A DNA stretch of 64,000 nt, from NCBI GenBank assembly GCA_038245785.1, contig JBBRSB010000004.1, positions 64,001 through 128,000 on the forward strand. The letters are read 5' to 3'. Of the stretch, positions 39,713 through 50,346 are shown in pieces; position 1 is the first letter of the stretch, and each line of letters begins with the position of its first letter. The notes under the pieces were generated by a model. That model saw nothing but the letters and a program-made list of their open reading frames with translations, did not search any database and was not told where the DNA came from. A program made the position numbers and the translations under genes. The DNA is from Gloeobacterales cyanobacterium. Lineage in GTDB: Bacteria > Cyanobacteriota > Cyanobacteriia > Gloeobacterales > PMM-0068.

Positions 39713-40477
39713 ATCAATTGGAGGAAATTGCCATCTTGCATGAACACAGCAATATCTCTTGAGTAGACGCTTTACCTGCAATTTGCGTTCACTCCCTCCA
39801 TCAAAATAAAGCTGAAATTTTTCTTTGTCAAGCTCATCTCGAATATAGCAATAGCCAGGTTTTGGAGACTGCTTACTGTTAGTCATCATCCTTAATTCTC
39901 CGCTTCTCGCTTCCAACAATAAAGCTTTTGGAATTTCAACAAGTTCATAGATCCAATTATTAGGAGATTTAGACAGAGTACGCAGCGACAAAATTCGTTC
40001 ATAAGAGTTCATATGGCGAAAAAACTGCTCTCTTAGTCTCATTAAATCTTCAGGATCATCACCCCATTGTCCTTGTCCTAGTTCCATGAACTTAGAGATA
40101 TGGATTTCATTCTCCTTAATATTCCTATCTGCCTGTGTTTTCAAAGAAAACCTTTCTCTATTGATAGTGATGTCATGACCTGGATTTCCTCGGCTGGCTA
40201 TCTGAGCGTCATTTCCACAAAAGGTTGCAACTCTTTCTAGTACGTATTCAAACTTATCTTTTGAAAATGATTCTTTGGACATGCAACGGTGAATTAAAAG
40301 TGCATCACCAAAGCTATCCAACATACAGGCATCGAATAGGTTTGAGTCAATAATCTCGTAGTTGTGCGCAACAGTAAATTGACTAACAATTTCTTCAACC
40401 CAGTTAATCTGAGAATCAGTCAATCTATACAATTTTTCAAGGAGAAGCTGAATTTGTCTTGCTCTGTCATTGCTCAT
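39695..40477 (-). CDS. type II restriction endonuclease, SmaI-like (predicted site CCCGGG)
   Basis: NPGHDITI, SKFMELG.G.W, ELVEIPK.LLLEA, SKQSPKPGY, LYFDGG.ERKLQ match my recollection of R.SmaI; convergent with the MTase. Confidence 0.8.
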   Translation of the reverse strand: MSNDRARQIQLLLEKLYRLTDSQINWVEEIVSQFTVAHNYEIIDSNLFDACMLDSFGDALLIHRCMSKESFSKDKFEYVLERVATFCGNDAQIASRGNPGHDITINRERFSLKTQADRNIKENEIHISKFMELGQGQWGDDPEDLMRLREQFFRHMNSYERILSLRTLSKSPNNWIYELVEIPKALLLEARSGELRMMTNSKQSPKPGYCYIRDELDKEKFQLYFDGGSERKLQVKRLLKRYCCVHARWQFPPIDLYAQL

Positions 40478-40641
40478 ACTCGGTCATAACGCAAGAAACT
40501 GATGCATTATAACCTGCTTACAAATCTGACAACTCAACTCTGAGTACACAGATAGCTTGGGCAAGACTGCCACCACCGACAACTGAAAGCAGCCCAACAA
40601 GAGATTCGACTGCTTTGTGTATCATAAACGCTCTTGAGAAC

Positions 40642-41559
40642 CTAGACTGTAGCCCAATCGTGAGGCTTTAGATAAACTTCATAGAGTTCTGCTTCCGCAG
40701 TCCCTGGTTCAGGAGTCCAGTCATATTCCCAGCGCACCACAGGCGGCAAACTCATCAGGATAGATTCTGTCCGGCCATTGGTTTGCAGACCGAAAATAGT
40801 GCCTTGGTCATAGACAAGATTGAATTCCACATAGCGACCCCGACGGTAGAGCTGGAAATTCCGCTCTCGTTCGCCGTAGGGAGTATCTTTCCGCCGTTCG
40901 ACAATCGGCAGATAGGCATCTAGAAAAGCTCTGCCACAGGACTGAACAAAGCTGAAGGTATCTTCCCATTCGCCTTTAGTATCATCCCGGTCATCAAAGA
41001 AAATCCCGCCAATCCCTCTCGGTTCGTTACGGTGCTTCAGATAGAAATAACGGTCGCACCATGCTTTAAATTCAGGATAAAAGGCTGGGTTATGCAGGTC
41101 ACAGGCTGCTTTTAAGGTGCGGTGAAAATGCACTACATCTTCTTTCTGCGGATAGTACGGAGTCAGGTCTGCTCCACCGCCAAACCACCAGAGCGAACCA
41201 CTCTCGAAATAGCGGTAGTTCATATGAACGGTGGGAATGTAGGGATTGCGAGGATGGAAAACCAGACTTACCCCCGTGGCATAGAAAGGCTGGTCTGTAA
41301 TTTCTGGACGACGTTTAAGAATCGAAGGCGGTAGGCTCGGTCCATGCACTTCTGAAAAATTGACGCCTGCCCGCTCAAAAATGGCACCTTCGCTCAATAT
41401 ACGGGAGCAACCTCCGCCTCCTTCTTCACGGAGCCAGGAGTCTTCTCGAAACTTGCCTGTCCCATCTACAGCTTCAATCGCGCTGCTAATGGTGTCCTGG
41501 AGAGAGCGGTAGAAATTACTGACACGCTGACGGTGAGATAGTTCAGTGGCGATGGACAT
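40642..41559 (-). CDS. hemF: oxygen-dependent coproporphyrinogen III oxidase
   Basis: [41 protein letters not shown]. Confidence 0.97.
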   Translation of the reverse strand: MSIATELSHRQRVSNFYRSLQDTISSAIEAVDGTGKFREDSWLREEGGGGCSRILSEGAIFERAGVNFSEVHGPSLPPSILKRRPEITDQPFYATGVSLVFHPRNPYIPTVHMNYRYFESGSLWWFGGGADLTPYYPQKEDVVHFHRTLKAACDLHNPAFYPEFKAWCDRYFYLKHRNEPRGIGGIFFDDRDDTKGEWEDTFSFVQSCGRAFLDAYLPIVERRKDTPYGERERNFQLYRRGRYVEFNLVYDQGTIFGLQTNGRTESILMSLPPVVRWEYDWTPEPGTAEAELYEVYLKPHDWATV

Positions 41560-41650
41560 AGGAAATCATGACAGAGTTACAGCTATCCATCGTCTCACAG
41601 AGCATGAATTTAGCTCAACGTACGCAGATCTAGTGGGCTCACGACCACCC

Positions 41651-42898
41651 CTAAAGGCTACAGCCCGCTTGTCCGGAAGCCGGGACGAACAGAGCCTCCT
41701 GCGCCAGCTCATTCAAAGAGGGGACCGCCAATTCATGAAATTCTTCCGTGCAGCGGACAAAGATTTCCACGCCCAACGCTAAGGCCATTTCATCGAAGTC
41801 AAAGCATGGATGATGGTGAGGTTTATCTAAGCCTTTATCTGGGTTGGCAGAACCGAGGAAGAAATAGCAACCAGGAGCTTCCTTGAGGAAATAGGCCATA
41901 TCTTCACCGCCCATCGTCCTCTCTGGCACTACCTGCGAAACATTGCCCAGCACACCAGCCGCCACCCCTTGGATCCATTGGGTAATCACTGGATGGTTAA
42001 TTACCGCAGGGTAATGACGAATATATTCGAACTCATAGGCCGCTCCAAAAGCCTTACAGACATTGGCCGCTACTGCTTCAATTCTCTGAGGTAGGAGGTC
42101 TGCTAGTTCAGGAGAAAATGACCGCACCGTACCCTCTAAACTTGCCTCTTGGGCAATGATGTTGAACGCTGACCCCGCAGTCAGTTTGCCCACAGTGACG
42201 ACTGCACTCTCAAAGGGATTCACATTGCGCGAAACAATCGTCTGTAGCGCCGTGACGACATGGGATGCAACCACCACGGCATCTACGGTTTGATGAGGCA
42301 TAGCGCCATGACCACCCCGTCCTTGAATCTTGAGTATAAATTGGTCAGCATTCGCCATAATCGGGCCGGACTGTATACCTGCCGTTCCGAGCGGGAGATT
42401 ATTCCAAAGATGAAGGCCAATCACAGCATCCACTTCAGGATTTTTCAAAGCGCCTTCTTGAATCATAGGCAGAGCCCCACCAGGGCTTTCTTCTGCGGGC
42501 TGAAATATTAGCTTAACGGTGCCCTTGAGGTCTTCTTGATGTTCAGCCAAGTACTTCGCTACGCCCAGCGCAATAGCTGTATGACCATCGTGACCACAGG
42601 CATGCATCACGCCAGGACGCGTAGAGGCATAGCTGATTTTGTTCAATTCCTGAATCGGCAGGGCATCCATGTCTGCTCGAATCCCCAGAACTTTGCCCGG
42701 TTGTCCGCCTTCCAGCACAGCCACTACACCCGTCTTGGCAACTCCTGTTCTCACCTGCCAACCTAGCGATTGCAGTTGCTGAATCACAAAAGCGCTGGTG
42801 CGCTCTTCCAAAAATCCCAGCTCAGGATACTGATGAAATTGACGCCGCCAGGAAATCAGATCCGGTAAGAGGGCTTCTATTTGAGGGCGTAGATCCAT
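41651..42898 (-). CDS. M20D-family amidohydrolase
   Basis: RADMDALP, MHACGHDGH, FQPAEE, GGHGA.PH, EDM, HHP.FD.DE. Confidence 0.93.
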   Translation of the reverse strand: MDLRPQIEALLPDLISWRRQFHQYPELGFLEERTSAFVIQQLQSLGWQVRTGVAKTGVVAVLEGGQPGKVLGIRADMDALPIQELNKISYASTRPGVMHACGHDGHTAIALGVAKYLAEHQEDLKGTVKLIFQPAEESPGGALPMIQEGALKNPEVDAVIGLHLWNNLPLGTAGIQSGPIMANADQFILKIQGRGGHGAMPHQTVDAVVVASHVVTALQTIVSRNVNPFESAVVTVGKLTAGSAFNIIAQEASLEGTVRSFSPELADLLPQRIEAVAANVCKAFGAAYEFEYIRHYPAVINHPVITQWIQGVAAGVLGNVSQVVPERTMGGEDMAYFLKEAPGCYFFLGSANPDKGLDKPHHHPCFDFDEMALALGVEIFVRCTEEFHELAVPSLNELAQEALFVPASGQAGCSL

Positions 42899-43416
42899 GA
42901 TTGCCTACCGAGCATAACGTGCTTACTACTCTAACAAAATGCCACAGCTTATCCTGGACGGAAGGCTAGCAATCATACAAAATCGAGTATTGGACCATCG
43001 GCCTTTAGGTGCGGCTCTTCTGCTTACTGTGCTGAGTTTTACGTGGACAAACAGTGACGATTATGGCTAACCTTGGTTTTTAAGTATGAAGCTTTTGGAC
43101 TCTTCGCTATGATCTTTTGACTTTAATTATCGTGATTCATCTCACAACAAGACACAGCTTCAAACCACAAATAGATCTTTACCAACTGGCGAATCTATGT
43201 CAATCTAAATGACAGAAAGTCAATGTATGAGTTTCCCATCAAGGCAATTTAGAATTCTTATGAAGACTGAATGTAGATATGCTAAATAATTAGGTAGTCT
43301 ACTCTTGCAAAGAGTATACCTACCTGGCTTGTAGCGCCCTCTGTAAATATACTGACGAGTTTTTGCTGATGCAGATCAGCAAAAAATTGGGCACTTTGTT
43401 AGATAGAGGGATTGAT

Positions 43417-43851
43417 ATGGAAGTTACCTTGAATAGAGATCAACCAAGCGCAGAAAATCAACAAGGTTCCGAAAGACAAATTAGGATCCTGGTAGCTGAA
43501 GACAATCCAGTTAACCAAAAAGTAGTATTAAAGCAGCTACAAAGTTTGGGCTATCAAGCAGAAGTTGTCAACAATGGCCAAGAAGCTTTAGATCGACTCA
43601 CAGAACGCGAGTATGACATAGTACTTATGGATTGTCAGATGCCTGTCATGGATGGGTACCGAGCGACTCAGGAAATCCGCCTCCGTGAAGGCGACCAAAA
43701 GCACACCACGATTATTGCAATTACAGCCAATGCCATGCCCGAAGACCGGGACCGTTGCCTTAATTCCGGCATGGATGATTACATGAGCAAGCCAGCCAGC
43801 CGAGAAGATTTGAGAAAGAAAGTAGAACTTTGGACACGGGGTGCCAGCTAG
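43417..43851 (+). CDS. stand-alone response regulator receiver
   Basis: ILVAEDNPVNQ, LMDCQMPVMDG, TANA, GMDDYMSKP. Confidence 0.9.
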   Translation: MEVTLNRDQPSAENQQGSERQIRILVAEDNPVNQKVVLKQLQSLGYQAEVVNNGQEALDRLTEREYDIVLMDCQMPVMDGYRATQEIRLREGDQKHTTIIAITANAMPEDRDRCLNSGMDDYMSKPASREDLRKKVELWTRGAS

Positions 43852-43995
43852 CGAGAGAATACAGGCAACCACGTATCCCGATAAACTAGCGAATCAAAAA
43901 ACATAAAAGCTATCGTAGAGGCCATGCTCTGCACTATCATCTGGAACGGTGTATGTAAATGCCGGACAGAACGTGCAGTAAATTAGGTATCTCCT

Positions 43996-45027
43996 GTGGT
44001 AAACGACCTTATCCTTCGTGCCGCTCGTGGCGAAGCTCTCAACCGTCCTCCTGTGTGGATGATGCGCCAGGCGGGGCGCTACATGGCCGTCTATCGGGAG
44101 CTTCGGGAGAAGTATTCTTTCAAAGAACGCTGCGAAATTCCAGAACTAGCCACCGAAATTTCGCTACAACCCTTTCGGGCCTTTAAACCTGATGGGGTGA
44201 TCATGTTTTCTGACATTTTGACCCCTTTGGATGGTATGGGCATTCCCTTCGACATCATCGAATCGCGCGGACCGATCATTGAATCCCCCATCCGGACCCA
44301 AGCCCAGGTAGACAAGGTTTACCCCCTAGATCCAGAAAAATCGCTGCCTTTTATCAAGACGATTTTGAATACGCTCCGCCAAGAAGTCGCAGGGGGCGCC
44401 ACTGTTTTAGGCTTTGTTGGTGCTCCTTGGACACTAGCTGCTTATGTCGTCGAGGGAAAAAGCTCTAAAGAGTATGCCTTGATCAAAGGGATGGCCTTCA
44501 AAGAACCAGAACTGCTTCACCAACTGCTGGGCAAGTTCGCCGAATCCATTGCCCGCTATATGATTTACCAAATTGACTGTGGGGCGCAAGCAGTTCAGAT
44601 GTTTGATAGCTGGGCCGGTCATCTCAATCCGATGGATTACGAAGCCTTTGCTCTGCCCTACGAACAGCAAATTTTCAAAACTGTAAAGGAAGCTCGTCCT
44701 GAAGTGCCCTTGATCCTGTACATCAACGCTTCGGGGGGGCTTCTAGAGCGCATGGCCCAGTCAGGGGCCGATGTGGTGAGTGTGGATTGGACTGTGGATA
44801 TAGCGGAAGCCCGTAAGCGGCTCGGACCGAATATTGCTGTGCAAGGCAACCTGGACCCTTGTGTCCTGTTTGCGCCTCAAGATGTAATTCGGACACGCAT
44901 TCTTGATGTTATTGAAAAAGCAGGACCCACAGGACACATCATGAACCTGGGCCATGGCATCCTCCAAAGCACTCCTGAAGAAAATGCACGATTCTTCTTT
45001 GATACGGTGAAGTCTTTCAGCCGTTAG
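43996..45027 (+). CDS. hemE: uroporphyrinogen decarboxylase
   Basis: [33 protein letters not shown]. Confidence 0.97.
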   Translation: MVNDLILRAARGEALNRPPVWMMRQAGRYMAVYRELREKYSFKERCEIPELATEISLQPFRAFKPDGVIMFSDILTPLDGMGIPFDIIESRGPIIESPIRTQAQVDKVYPLDPEKSLPFIKTILNTLRQEVAGGATVLGFVGAPWTLAAYVVEGKSSKEYALIKGMAFKEPELLHQLLGKFAESIARYMIYQIDCGAQAVQMFDSWAGHLNPMDYEAFALPYEQQIFKTVKEARPEVPLILYINASGGLLERMAQSGADVVSVDWTVDIAEARKRLGPNIAVQGNLDPCVLFAPQDVIRTRILDVIEKAGPTGHIMNLGHGILQSTPEENARFFFDTVKSFSR

Positions 45028-45159
45028 CGGTCAGGGTCAAGGGTCGGTTGTAAACACAGACTTTCCGCAGTACAGCGGATCGCTTATGATGGAGAGTCCG
45101 TCTCCGCACAATGCTTTTACAAAAATTGCTCGACTGTGCCCGTTCTAAAGAGGTAGTCC

Positions 45160-48100
45160 ATGAGTAGTAAAGACACTGCACTAGCCCCCGTGTTTATGTT
45201 GCCTGATTTGATCGAGATTCAGCGGGAGAGCTTTAGGTGGTTCTTAGAAGAAGGATTCATTGAAGAATTAGAAAGTTTTTCTCCCATTGAAGACTACACC
45301 GGGAAATTAGAACTTCACTTTTTGCCCAGGGACTACAGAGTCGTAGAGCCCAAGTACGACATGGAAGAATCCAAGCGTCGGGATACAACCTACGCTGTAC
45401 AGTTGCGCCTGCCTGCTCGTCTGATCAATAAAGAAACTGGCGAAATCAAAGAGCAAGAAGTCTTTTTGGGTGAAATTCCCTTGATGACAGACCGAGGCAC
45501 GTTCATCATTAACGGGGCTGAACGGGTCATCGTTAACCAGATTGTTCGTTCCCCCGGCGTCTACTTCAAAAAAGAAATCGATACCAACGGACGTAGCGCG
45601 TTCAACGCTTCTTTGATTCCTAACCGGGGCGCTTGGCTGAAGTTTGAAACTGATGCCAATGACCTGGTATGGGTCCGTATCGACAAGACCCGTAAGCTTT
45701 CCGCTTTGGTTCTGCTCAAGGCCCTCGGGCTCTCTGATGGAGAAATCCTCGATTCTCTTCGCCACCCAGAGTATTTGCAGAAGACCATTGATAAAGAAGG
45801 ACAGTTTACAGAAGATGAGGCCTTAATGGAGCTTTATCGTAAGCTTCGTCCGGGTGAGCCTCCTACGGTAGCGGGTGGCCAGCAACTTTTAGAATCTCGC
45901 TTCTTTGACCCTAAGCGCTATGACTTGGGTAAAGTAGGCCGCTACAAGATCAACAAGAAGCTGCGTCTTAATATTCCTGATACCACCAGAGTCCTGACTC
46001 CTCAAGACATTCTCGGTTGTATTGATTACTTAATTAACCTGGAATTCGACACCGGAACGATCGATGATATCGACCACCTCGGGAACCGTCGGATTCGCTC
46101 GGTCGGAGAACTCCTCCAGAACCAGGTCAGAGTCGGTTTAAACCGTTTAGAGCGGATTATCCGCGAACGGATGACTGTCAGCGATGCGGACCAACTAACG
46201 CCCGCGTCCCTGGTAAACCCCAAACCCCTGGTAGCTGCGATTAAAGAGTTTTTTGGTTCTTCCCAGCTTTCCCAGTTCATGGACCAGACCAATCCTCTGG
46301 CTGAATTGACGCACAAGCGTCGCTTGAGTGCCCTAGGTCCTGGCGGTTTGACCCGTGAACGAGCAGGCTTCGCAGTGCGGGATATCCACCCTTCTCACCA
46401 CGGAAGAATTTGCCCGATCGAAACGCCTGAAGGTCCTAACGCTGGCTTGATCGGTTCCCTAGCGACCCACGCTCGTGTGAACCAGTATGGATTTATCGAG
46501 TCACCCTATCGCAAGGTGGTAGATGGACGCGTTACCAGCGATGTGGTCTATCTAACAGCTGATGAAGAAGATGAGTTCCGGGTTGCCCCTGGGGACGTTC
46601 CTCTACACGAAGATGGAACCTTTGCCGTTACCCAGATTCCTTCTCGTTACCGTCAAGACTTTCAAGTACTTCCGCCAGAAGAAGTAGATTATGTTGCCGT
46701 TTCTCCGATTCAGATCGTTTCAGTAGCTACCTCCTTGATTCCGTTCTTGGAACATGATGACGCTAACCGAGCCCTGATGGGAGCGAACATGCAGCGTCAG
46801 GCAGTACCGCTCCTTTCTCCTGAACGGCCTTTGGTTGGCACGGGTTTGGAAGCGCAAGCGGCTCGTGACTCGGGCATGGTGATCATTTCTGATGTGACAG
46901 GCGAAATTTCCTACGTCAGTGCTACGGAGATTCGGGTCCGGGAAGATGGTACCGGCGATGAGCGCAGCTACCCGCTACAGAAATATCAGCGCTCTAACCA
47001 AGACACTTGTTTGAACCAAAAGCCGATCTCCTATGAAGGTGATCATGTGGTCAAAGGTCAGGTCATTGCCGATGGTTCTGCCACCGAGGGCGGAGAGCTG
47101 GCTTTGGGCCAAAACGTCCTGGTAGCCTACATGCCCTGGGAAGGCTACAACTATGAGGACGCGATTCTCATCTCTGAGCGTTTGATCAACGAGGACGTTT
47201 ACACCTCAATCCACATTGAGAAATTTGAGATTGAGGCTCGTCAAACCAAGCTTGGTCCTGAAGAAATCACCCGAGAGATTCCGAACGTCGGCGAAGATTC
47301 TCTGCGGAACCTGGATGAGCGTGGAATTATCCGCGTCGGAGCCTGGTGCGAATCGGGAGACATTCTCGTGGGTAAGGTCACACCAAAAGGTGAATCTGAC
47401 CAGCCGCCTGAAGAAAAATTACTGCGGGCTATCTTTGGCGAAAAAGCCCGAGACGTGCGTGACAACTCTCTGCGTGTGCCAAACGGTGAGAAAGGCCGAG
47501 TCGTGGATGTCCGTGTATTTACCCGTGAGCAAGGGGACGAATTGCCCCCTGGCGCCAACATGGTGGTCCGGGTTTATATCGCCCAGAAACGTAAGATCCA
47601 AGTCGGGGATAAGATGGCTGGTCGCCACGGGAATAAGGGAATTATTTCCCGGATTCTTCCTAAGGAAGACATGCCCTACATGCCCGATGGCACCCCCGTT
47701 GACATTGTGCTCAACCCTCTAGGCGTACCTTCGCGGATGAACGTTGGTCAGGTCTTTGAAACACTCTTAGGCTGGGCTGGTGATATCCTGGGTTCCCGCT
47801 TTAAGCTGACGCCTTTCGACGAAATGTTTGGGGAAGAAGCTTCTCGGAACTTGGTGCATGACCGTTTGATGCAGGCTCGTGAAAAGTCTGGCAAGCCTTG
47901 GGTTTACTGCTCTGATGCTTCGGTCAAGATCAGTAACGATGTGCGTTTGCAGTACGTCAAACCAGCGGTGGGTAAGATTACCCTCTTCGATGGCCGAACA
48001 GGAGAACCGTTTGACAGTCCAATCACGGTCGGTCGCTCGTACATGTTGAAACTGGTCCACTTGGTAGACGACAAGATTCACGCTCGTTCTACTGGACCTT

Positions 48101-48507
48101 ACTCCCTGGTCACGCAACAGCCTCTGGGAGGAAAAGCCCAGCAAGGGGGTCAGCGTTTCGGAGAGATGGAAGTGTGGGCTTTGGAAGCGTTTGGAGCTGC
48201 CTATATTCTCCAAGAGCTACTCACTGTCAAGTCGGATGACATGATTGGTCGTAATGATGCCCTCAACGCCATCGTCAAGGGTAAGGCGATTCCTCGTCCA
48301 GGTATTCCTGAGTCCTTCAAGGTCCTAGTGCGTGAGCTTCAATCCCTCGGTCTGGATGTGTCCGTGCACAAACTAGAAACTAAGAGTGATGGTTCTTCCA
48401 AGGATGTGGAGGTAGACCTGATGGCTGATGTCCTCAACCGTCGTGCTCCTTCTCGTCCTACCTACGAGAATGTCACCGTTACGCGGGAAGACTTCACGGA
48501 CGAATAG
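45160..48507 (+). CDS. rpoB: RNA polymerase beta subunit
   Basis: [40 protein letters not shown]. Confidence 0.99.
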   Translation: MSSKDTALAPVFMLPDLIEIQRESFRWFLEEGFIEELESFSPIEDYTGKLELHFLPRDYRVVEPKYDMEESKRRDTTYAVQLRLPARLINKETGEIKEQEVFLGEIPLMTDRGTFIINGAERVIVNQIVRSPGVYFKKEIDTNGRSAFNASLIPNRGAWLKFETDANDLVWVRIDKTRKLSALVLLKALGLSDGEILDSLRHPEYLQKTIDKEGQFTEDEALMELYRKLRPGEPPTVAGGQQLLESRFFDPKRYDLGKVGRYKINKKLRLNIPDTTRVLTPQDILGCIDYLINLEFDTGTIDDIDHLGNRRIRSVGELLQNQVRVGLNRLERIIRERMTVSDADQLTPASLVNPKPLVAAIKEFFGSSQLSQFMDQTNPLAELTHKRRLSALGPGGLTRERAGFAVRDIHPSHHGRICPIETPEGPNAGLIGSLATHARVNQYGFIESPYRKVVDGRVTSDVVYLTADEEDEFRVAPGDVPLHEDGTFAVTQIPSRYRQDFQVLPPEEVDYVAVSPIQIVSVATSLIPFLEHDDANRALMGANMQRQAVPLLSPERPLVGTGLEAQAARDSGMVIISDVTGEISYVSATEIRVREDGTGDERSYPLQKYQRSNQDTCLNQKPISYEGDHVVKGQVIADGSATEGGELALGQNVLVAYMPWEGYNYEDAILISERLINEDVYTSIHIEKFEIEARQTKLGPEEITREIPNVGEDSLRNLDERGIIRVGAWCESGDILVGKVTPKGESDQPPEEKLLRAIFGEKARDVRDNSLRVPNGEKGRVVDVRVFTREQGDELPPGANMVVRVYIAQKRKIQVGDKMAGRHGNKGIISRILPKEDMPYMPDGTPVDIVLNPLGVPSRMNVGQVFETLLGWAGDILGSRFKLTPFDEMFGEEASRNLVHDRLMQAREKSGKPWVYCSDASVKISNDVRLQYVKPAVGKITLFDGRTGEPFDSPITVGRSYMLKLVHLVDDKIHARSTGPYSLVTQQPLGGKAQQGGQRFGEMEVWALEAFGAAYILQELLTVKSDDMIGRNDALNAIVKGKAIPRPGIPESFKVLVRELQSLGLDVSVHKLETKSDGSSKDVEVDLMADVLNRRAPSRPTYENVTVTREDFTDE

Positions 48508-48529
48508 ACTTCTTCTTTGAAGATTTTGA

Positions 48530-48561
48530 AGGCCATCTGCGCAATGCAGGTGGCCTTTTTT
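48530..48561 (+). terminator. intrinsic terminator after rpoB
   Basis: AGGCCATCTGC-GCAAT-GCAGGTGGCCT-TTTTT. Confidence 0.85.
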
Positions 48562-48671
48562 GTAAAGTCCAACTTCCTGGACATCAGACTTCACCCAGGA
48601 GTTAACGTGAAATCATTAAACAAAAAAGCTAAACTCGAAAGAACAAGGCGGCTGAAGTTGAGAATGCAAAG

Positions 48672-49289
48672 ATGATTCAAGCCATTCCTAGACAAATTAC
48701 TTTTGATGAGTTCATCGCTTGGTATCCAGAGAACTCAGAGCATCGCTATGAATTGCACGATGGGGAAATCATTGAAATGCCAAAGCCCATTGGTAAGCAT
48801 TCAGAGGTTGGAGGCTACCTTGCGCTCAGGTTGGGTATCGAGATCGAGCGGCTACAACTTCCTTACTTTGTCCCTAGAGAGTGCGTGGTCAAGGTTAGAG
48901 AATCTGTATATTTACCAGATGTTATTGTACTGAATCAACAGACTCTTGATGATGACCCGCGATGGGAAAAGGAATCCACTATCACGCACGGCAAATCTGC
49001 AAAGCTTGTGATTGAGGTAACCAGCACTAACTGGAGCGATGACTATGCGCTTAAACTGGAAGACTACGAAGCGCTTGGAATTGAAGAGTACTGGATTTGC
49101 GATTATCTAGGATTGGGCGGAAAGCGCTATATTGGGTCACCAAAGCAACCTACTTTTTCGGTCTATCACCTGAACGAAGCTAGTGAATATCAGGTCGGAC
49201 AGTTCCAAGGGGAGCAAGAAATCCAGTCGAAAGTCTTTCCTGAATTGCAGATAAGTATGAATCAAATCTTAATCAGAGTGAACCCATAA
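48672..49289 (+). CDS. Uma2 family endonuclease-like protein
   Basis: RYELHDGEIIEM, PDVIVL, LVIEVTSTNW, KLEDYEALGIEEYWI. Confidence 0.92.
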   Translation: MIQAIPRQITFDEFIAWYPENSEHRYELHDGEIIEMPKPIGKHSEVGGYLALRLGIEIERLQLPYFVPRECVVKVRESVYLPDVIVLNQQTLDDDPRWEKESTITHGKSAKLVIEVTSTNWSDDYALKLEDYEALGIEEYWICDYLGLGGKRYIGSPKQPTFSVYHLNEASEYQVGQFQGEQEIQSKVFPELQISMNQILIRVNP

Positions 49290-49465
49290 ATCCTACAAAC
49301 GCAGCACATCATCCCCGCCTCCGGGTTGGGCTGACGTCGATTATAATCTCTCGGTCATTCCGATTTGCTTGCGGTTAGAGGATTAAGACTAACGATTCCA
49401 ACTATTACACCATTTAGATCGCGGACATATGATACGACTCGTCCCCAGGGCGGTGTGGGAATCGG

Positions 49466-50164
49466 CTATTTCTGGATGCTAGGGAGATCGGCGACTTTCC
49501 ACAACGTAATTTCAAAGGGCTCATGTGGGTAGTGGTCTTTCCGAGCTTCCAATGGAGACGGGAAATGGAAAGGCGCTTGCTGCAGATTGAGGTGACGCCA
49601 GCTCAGGCCTGTGAACTGATTGTAGTTACTCGTGACCTGCGGGCTGTTGGATACCAGCAGCCATGTGGCGCCGCTGCGGCGGATGTTCTCCAAGACTGCG
49701 GCGATATCTTGGAAAGACAGATGGATCCAGCAATCACGGCACATGACGAGGTCAGCACGCAGCAGATCGTCCTTAGTGAGATCAGCAACCACGAAACGCA
49801 CGCCGGGACGCAAGAATTTCGCCTGATTGTTCTCAATCGCGCTAGGTACGATATCAGCCCCGACATAGTCCACCTTTGTCAAATCGACAAGGCGCATCCA
49901 ATTCCAGTCGCCGCACGGAGCATCTAGGAAAGTTTTGATACTCAGCCTCTGGAAAAGCTCTGGCAAATAGACCCGCAAAGACTCGGTCGCCCCTAGCTCA
50001 GACCCTTCGCCCGAGAGGCTTTCTGTGCTGCCCCATAGCGTTTCTTCATAAGCCTTCGCAAAGATCTGTCCACGCGGTTTCAGCTCTATCACCGTGTCAT
50101 GCAAAACGGGAATGTTTCCTAGAAAACTCTTGATTTTGCGTCGCAACTGTAGCCCTAGTCCCAT
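49466..50164 (-). CDS. class I SAM-dependent methyltransferase
   Basis: ESLSGEGS, LDAPCGDWNW, YVGADIV, RDC.IHL, NL..APF.FP; higher GC than the flanks. Confidence 0.85.
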   Translation of the reverse strand: MGLGLQLRRKIKSFLGNIPVLHDTVIELKPRGQIFAKAYEETLWGSTESLSGEGSELGATESLRVYLPELFQRLSIKTFLDAPCGDWNWMRLVDLTKVDYVGADIVPSAIENNQAKFLRPGVRFVVADLTKDDLLRADLVMCRDCWIHLSFQDIAAVLENIRRSGATWLLVSNSPQVTSNYNQFTGLSWRHLNLQQAPFHFPSPLEARKDHYPHEPFEITLWKVADLPSIQK

Positions 50165-50346
50165 GGAGTTCCCCCACATTTCGACGAGACGATTATAGCT
50201 ACAAGTCAAAATTTCTATCAGATCCAGCAGATGCTATGCCCAGTGATGTGCGCACTACAATGGCTGCTCGGTGAGCGTAAGTTGTACAACTAATTTAGTG
50301 GAGAAGAGATAAGTGAAGACATTCGCAATAATGCCAAAATATAAGT

